Assembly: GCA_030390025.1 (NCBI GenBank) | Contig: CM059432.1 | Coordinates: forward strand, 102,240,001 to 102,304,000 | Direction: 5' to 3' | Length of the DNA: 64,000 bases | DNA from: Squalus acanthias | Taxonomy: Eukaryota | In this document: piece after piece, positions 62,345 through 64,000 of the stretch | Layout: every line of letters starts with the position of its first letter | How positions within the stretch are numbered: the stretch's first letter is position 1 | Made by a program: the position numbers and the translations under genes | Notes under the pieces: generated by a model | What the model was told of the DNA's origin: nothing | The model's database searches: none | The model's input: the letters and a program-made list of their open reading frames with translations, nothing else

Positions 62345-62715
62345 CCCCAAAAACCTCTCCTACTACTCCAACAGCAAGGATTCTCCTTCCCAGTGCTCCC
62401 CCACTCCAAAATCCGTTCTGCTTCTCCTGCACATCATTATCCGCCTCCAACTGCTCCTACACCTCTAGTTGGGAAGGTGGATACTATTAAGCCACATAAC
62501 ACCTCCTCAATAACCTACACACATCCTACCCACCTAAAACCAGGAGCATCATCCCTACCATTTTCCCCGACTGACATTTTGTACTTTAAAAATCAGCAAG
62601 TACACAGCTAAACAAGCGTATATTTACATTTTGTACAAAACTATGGACAAAATCACATCATTTGAACACAAAAATACTGGTAACACACCCATCAAATTTT
62701 GTAAAAAAAAATATA

Positions 62716-63436
62716 GGCCCGTATTTTCCAATCGCAGGCCTCCCGCGGGCGGAGGCCTGCGATCTGGAAAAATCTACGCCCTTATCTGAGGGCTCCCGGG
62801 ACGCACACACTTCCGATCTTGGGCCTCTCCAAACTCCAAGTGCGCAGGGCCCACGTATCCCAGGGGCACAGGCAGTTCGCAGCGTCTCTGGGATCACGTG
62901 GGCCATGGGGAGCCAATCAAAGAAGGGAATCTCCCTTCATACACTTGACAGGAAGACCATATGAATGGAGATCACCCCAAAAAATTTTTAAAACTCACAT
63001 TTTTAAAATGACTTGAAATTACAATAAATTACAATACAACTATTTTAAACAAAAATTTCAAATTTTTGAAAAAATAATTGAAGTTTTTTACGGGGCTAAA
63101 AATAAACTTACCTTTTTTAAAAGTATTTTTAAATGATAAATCAGTGAAATTTTTATTTTAACTTTTTTCAACTCTTATCCTGGTAAAAGCAGCCCTTATG
63201 CCTGCTTTTACCAGGCGTAAGAATTGTAAGGGTTTCCTGCGGGCGGAGGGTCTCCAAAAAGCGGAACTATCCGCCTGCAGAGGCCCTTCTCCAGGGCAAC
63301 CGGAGGATCTGTCAAGAGCTTTCTTGACAGATCAGAAATGCCGGTTTTCAGCGCATGCCTGAAACCAGCATTTCCGATGTCCCTACGGATGGGTACACAG
63401 CACGTACCCACCCGTAGGGATTGGAATATCCGGCCC
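62716..63436. mobile_element. Harbinger-type MITE (family B-like)
   Basis: TIRs GGCCCGTATTTTCC and GGAATATCCGGCCC. TSD ATA. Confidence 0.85.
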
Positions 63437-64000
63437 ATAATTTCAATTATTCAATCATATATCAGTGGTGCTGATAATACATTGTACAATACATTTCATA
63501 AAACAGTATATTCTCTGACTCAATCACAGGAAACCAGCTAGAATCTAATCTTTGAATATTCATGTGTGAAAATGATATTGTTAAACATCATTAGAAGACT
63601 ATAAAAGCTTCCTGATGAGGATTCCCCCACCTCAGAAAGGACATTCTATTATAAAATACAGCTGTTGCCAACTTTTGTGTCCCTCCAGAATAACACGCAA
63701 AAAATACACATTGTGCTTTTAAAGAATCAAGTCTCATCCAAATGGACTGCAAAGTGTATTCCTGTTGCCATGTCAATGGCACATCACAAGCATGTCTCTG
63801 GGGCACACCATGAAATGTAGCTGTTGCTTTGATCAATGTAGCTTTCTGAGACCACATCAAAGAAGGGAAAAAAATTGGCAATAAGAAATAAAAGAAAGTT
63901 CTATTTAACGAAGTACAATTTTACGACTGGTGATTAATATACTTGGTACAACATTTACTTGTAATATTCTCCAGAATATTTTCCAATAAACCTGCAGTAA

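Noticed and set aside
61923..62611. Repetitive 105-182 aa ORFs
   Set aside because: They arise from a 51-bp (3n) stop-free minisatellite that is open in many frames on both strands.
63591..63881. 96-aa minus-strand ORF with an upstream pyrimidine tract
   Set aside because: No recognisable protein, no true start codon and no convincing donor. Cannot be supported without expression data.

Overview
Repeat-dense, non-genic (intronic or intergenic) vertebrate DNA, very probably from a cartilaginous fish such as a shark. The inference rests on HER1-like CR1 LINEs, an HE1-like V-SINE, Deu-domain SINEs and Penelope-type hammerhead repeats. No intact host gene could be identified. Main contents: (1) A formerly autonomous PIF/Harbinger transposon (16440-26010) with a Myb/SANT gene on + and a DDE transposase on -, both disabled. 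Internally deleted derivatives and many 3-bp-TSD MITEs of this superfamily are also present. (2) Two decayed LTR proviruses (18925-24110 and 49326-55727) that carry mutually homologous env remnants. These look like paramyxovirus-F-type class I fusion proteins rather than typical retroviral Env. The second also has a retrovirus-type RNase H and an integrase, so both are candidate lokiretrovirus-like ERVs. (3) Two solo LTRs with clean TSDs (35689-36413 and 56126-57676). (4) CR1, CR1-like and L2 LINEs with three partner SINE families. (5) A deeply nested insertion stack at 46.6-57.7 kb. All family names come from reading motifs by eye, not from database searches.
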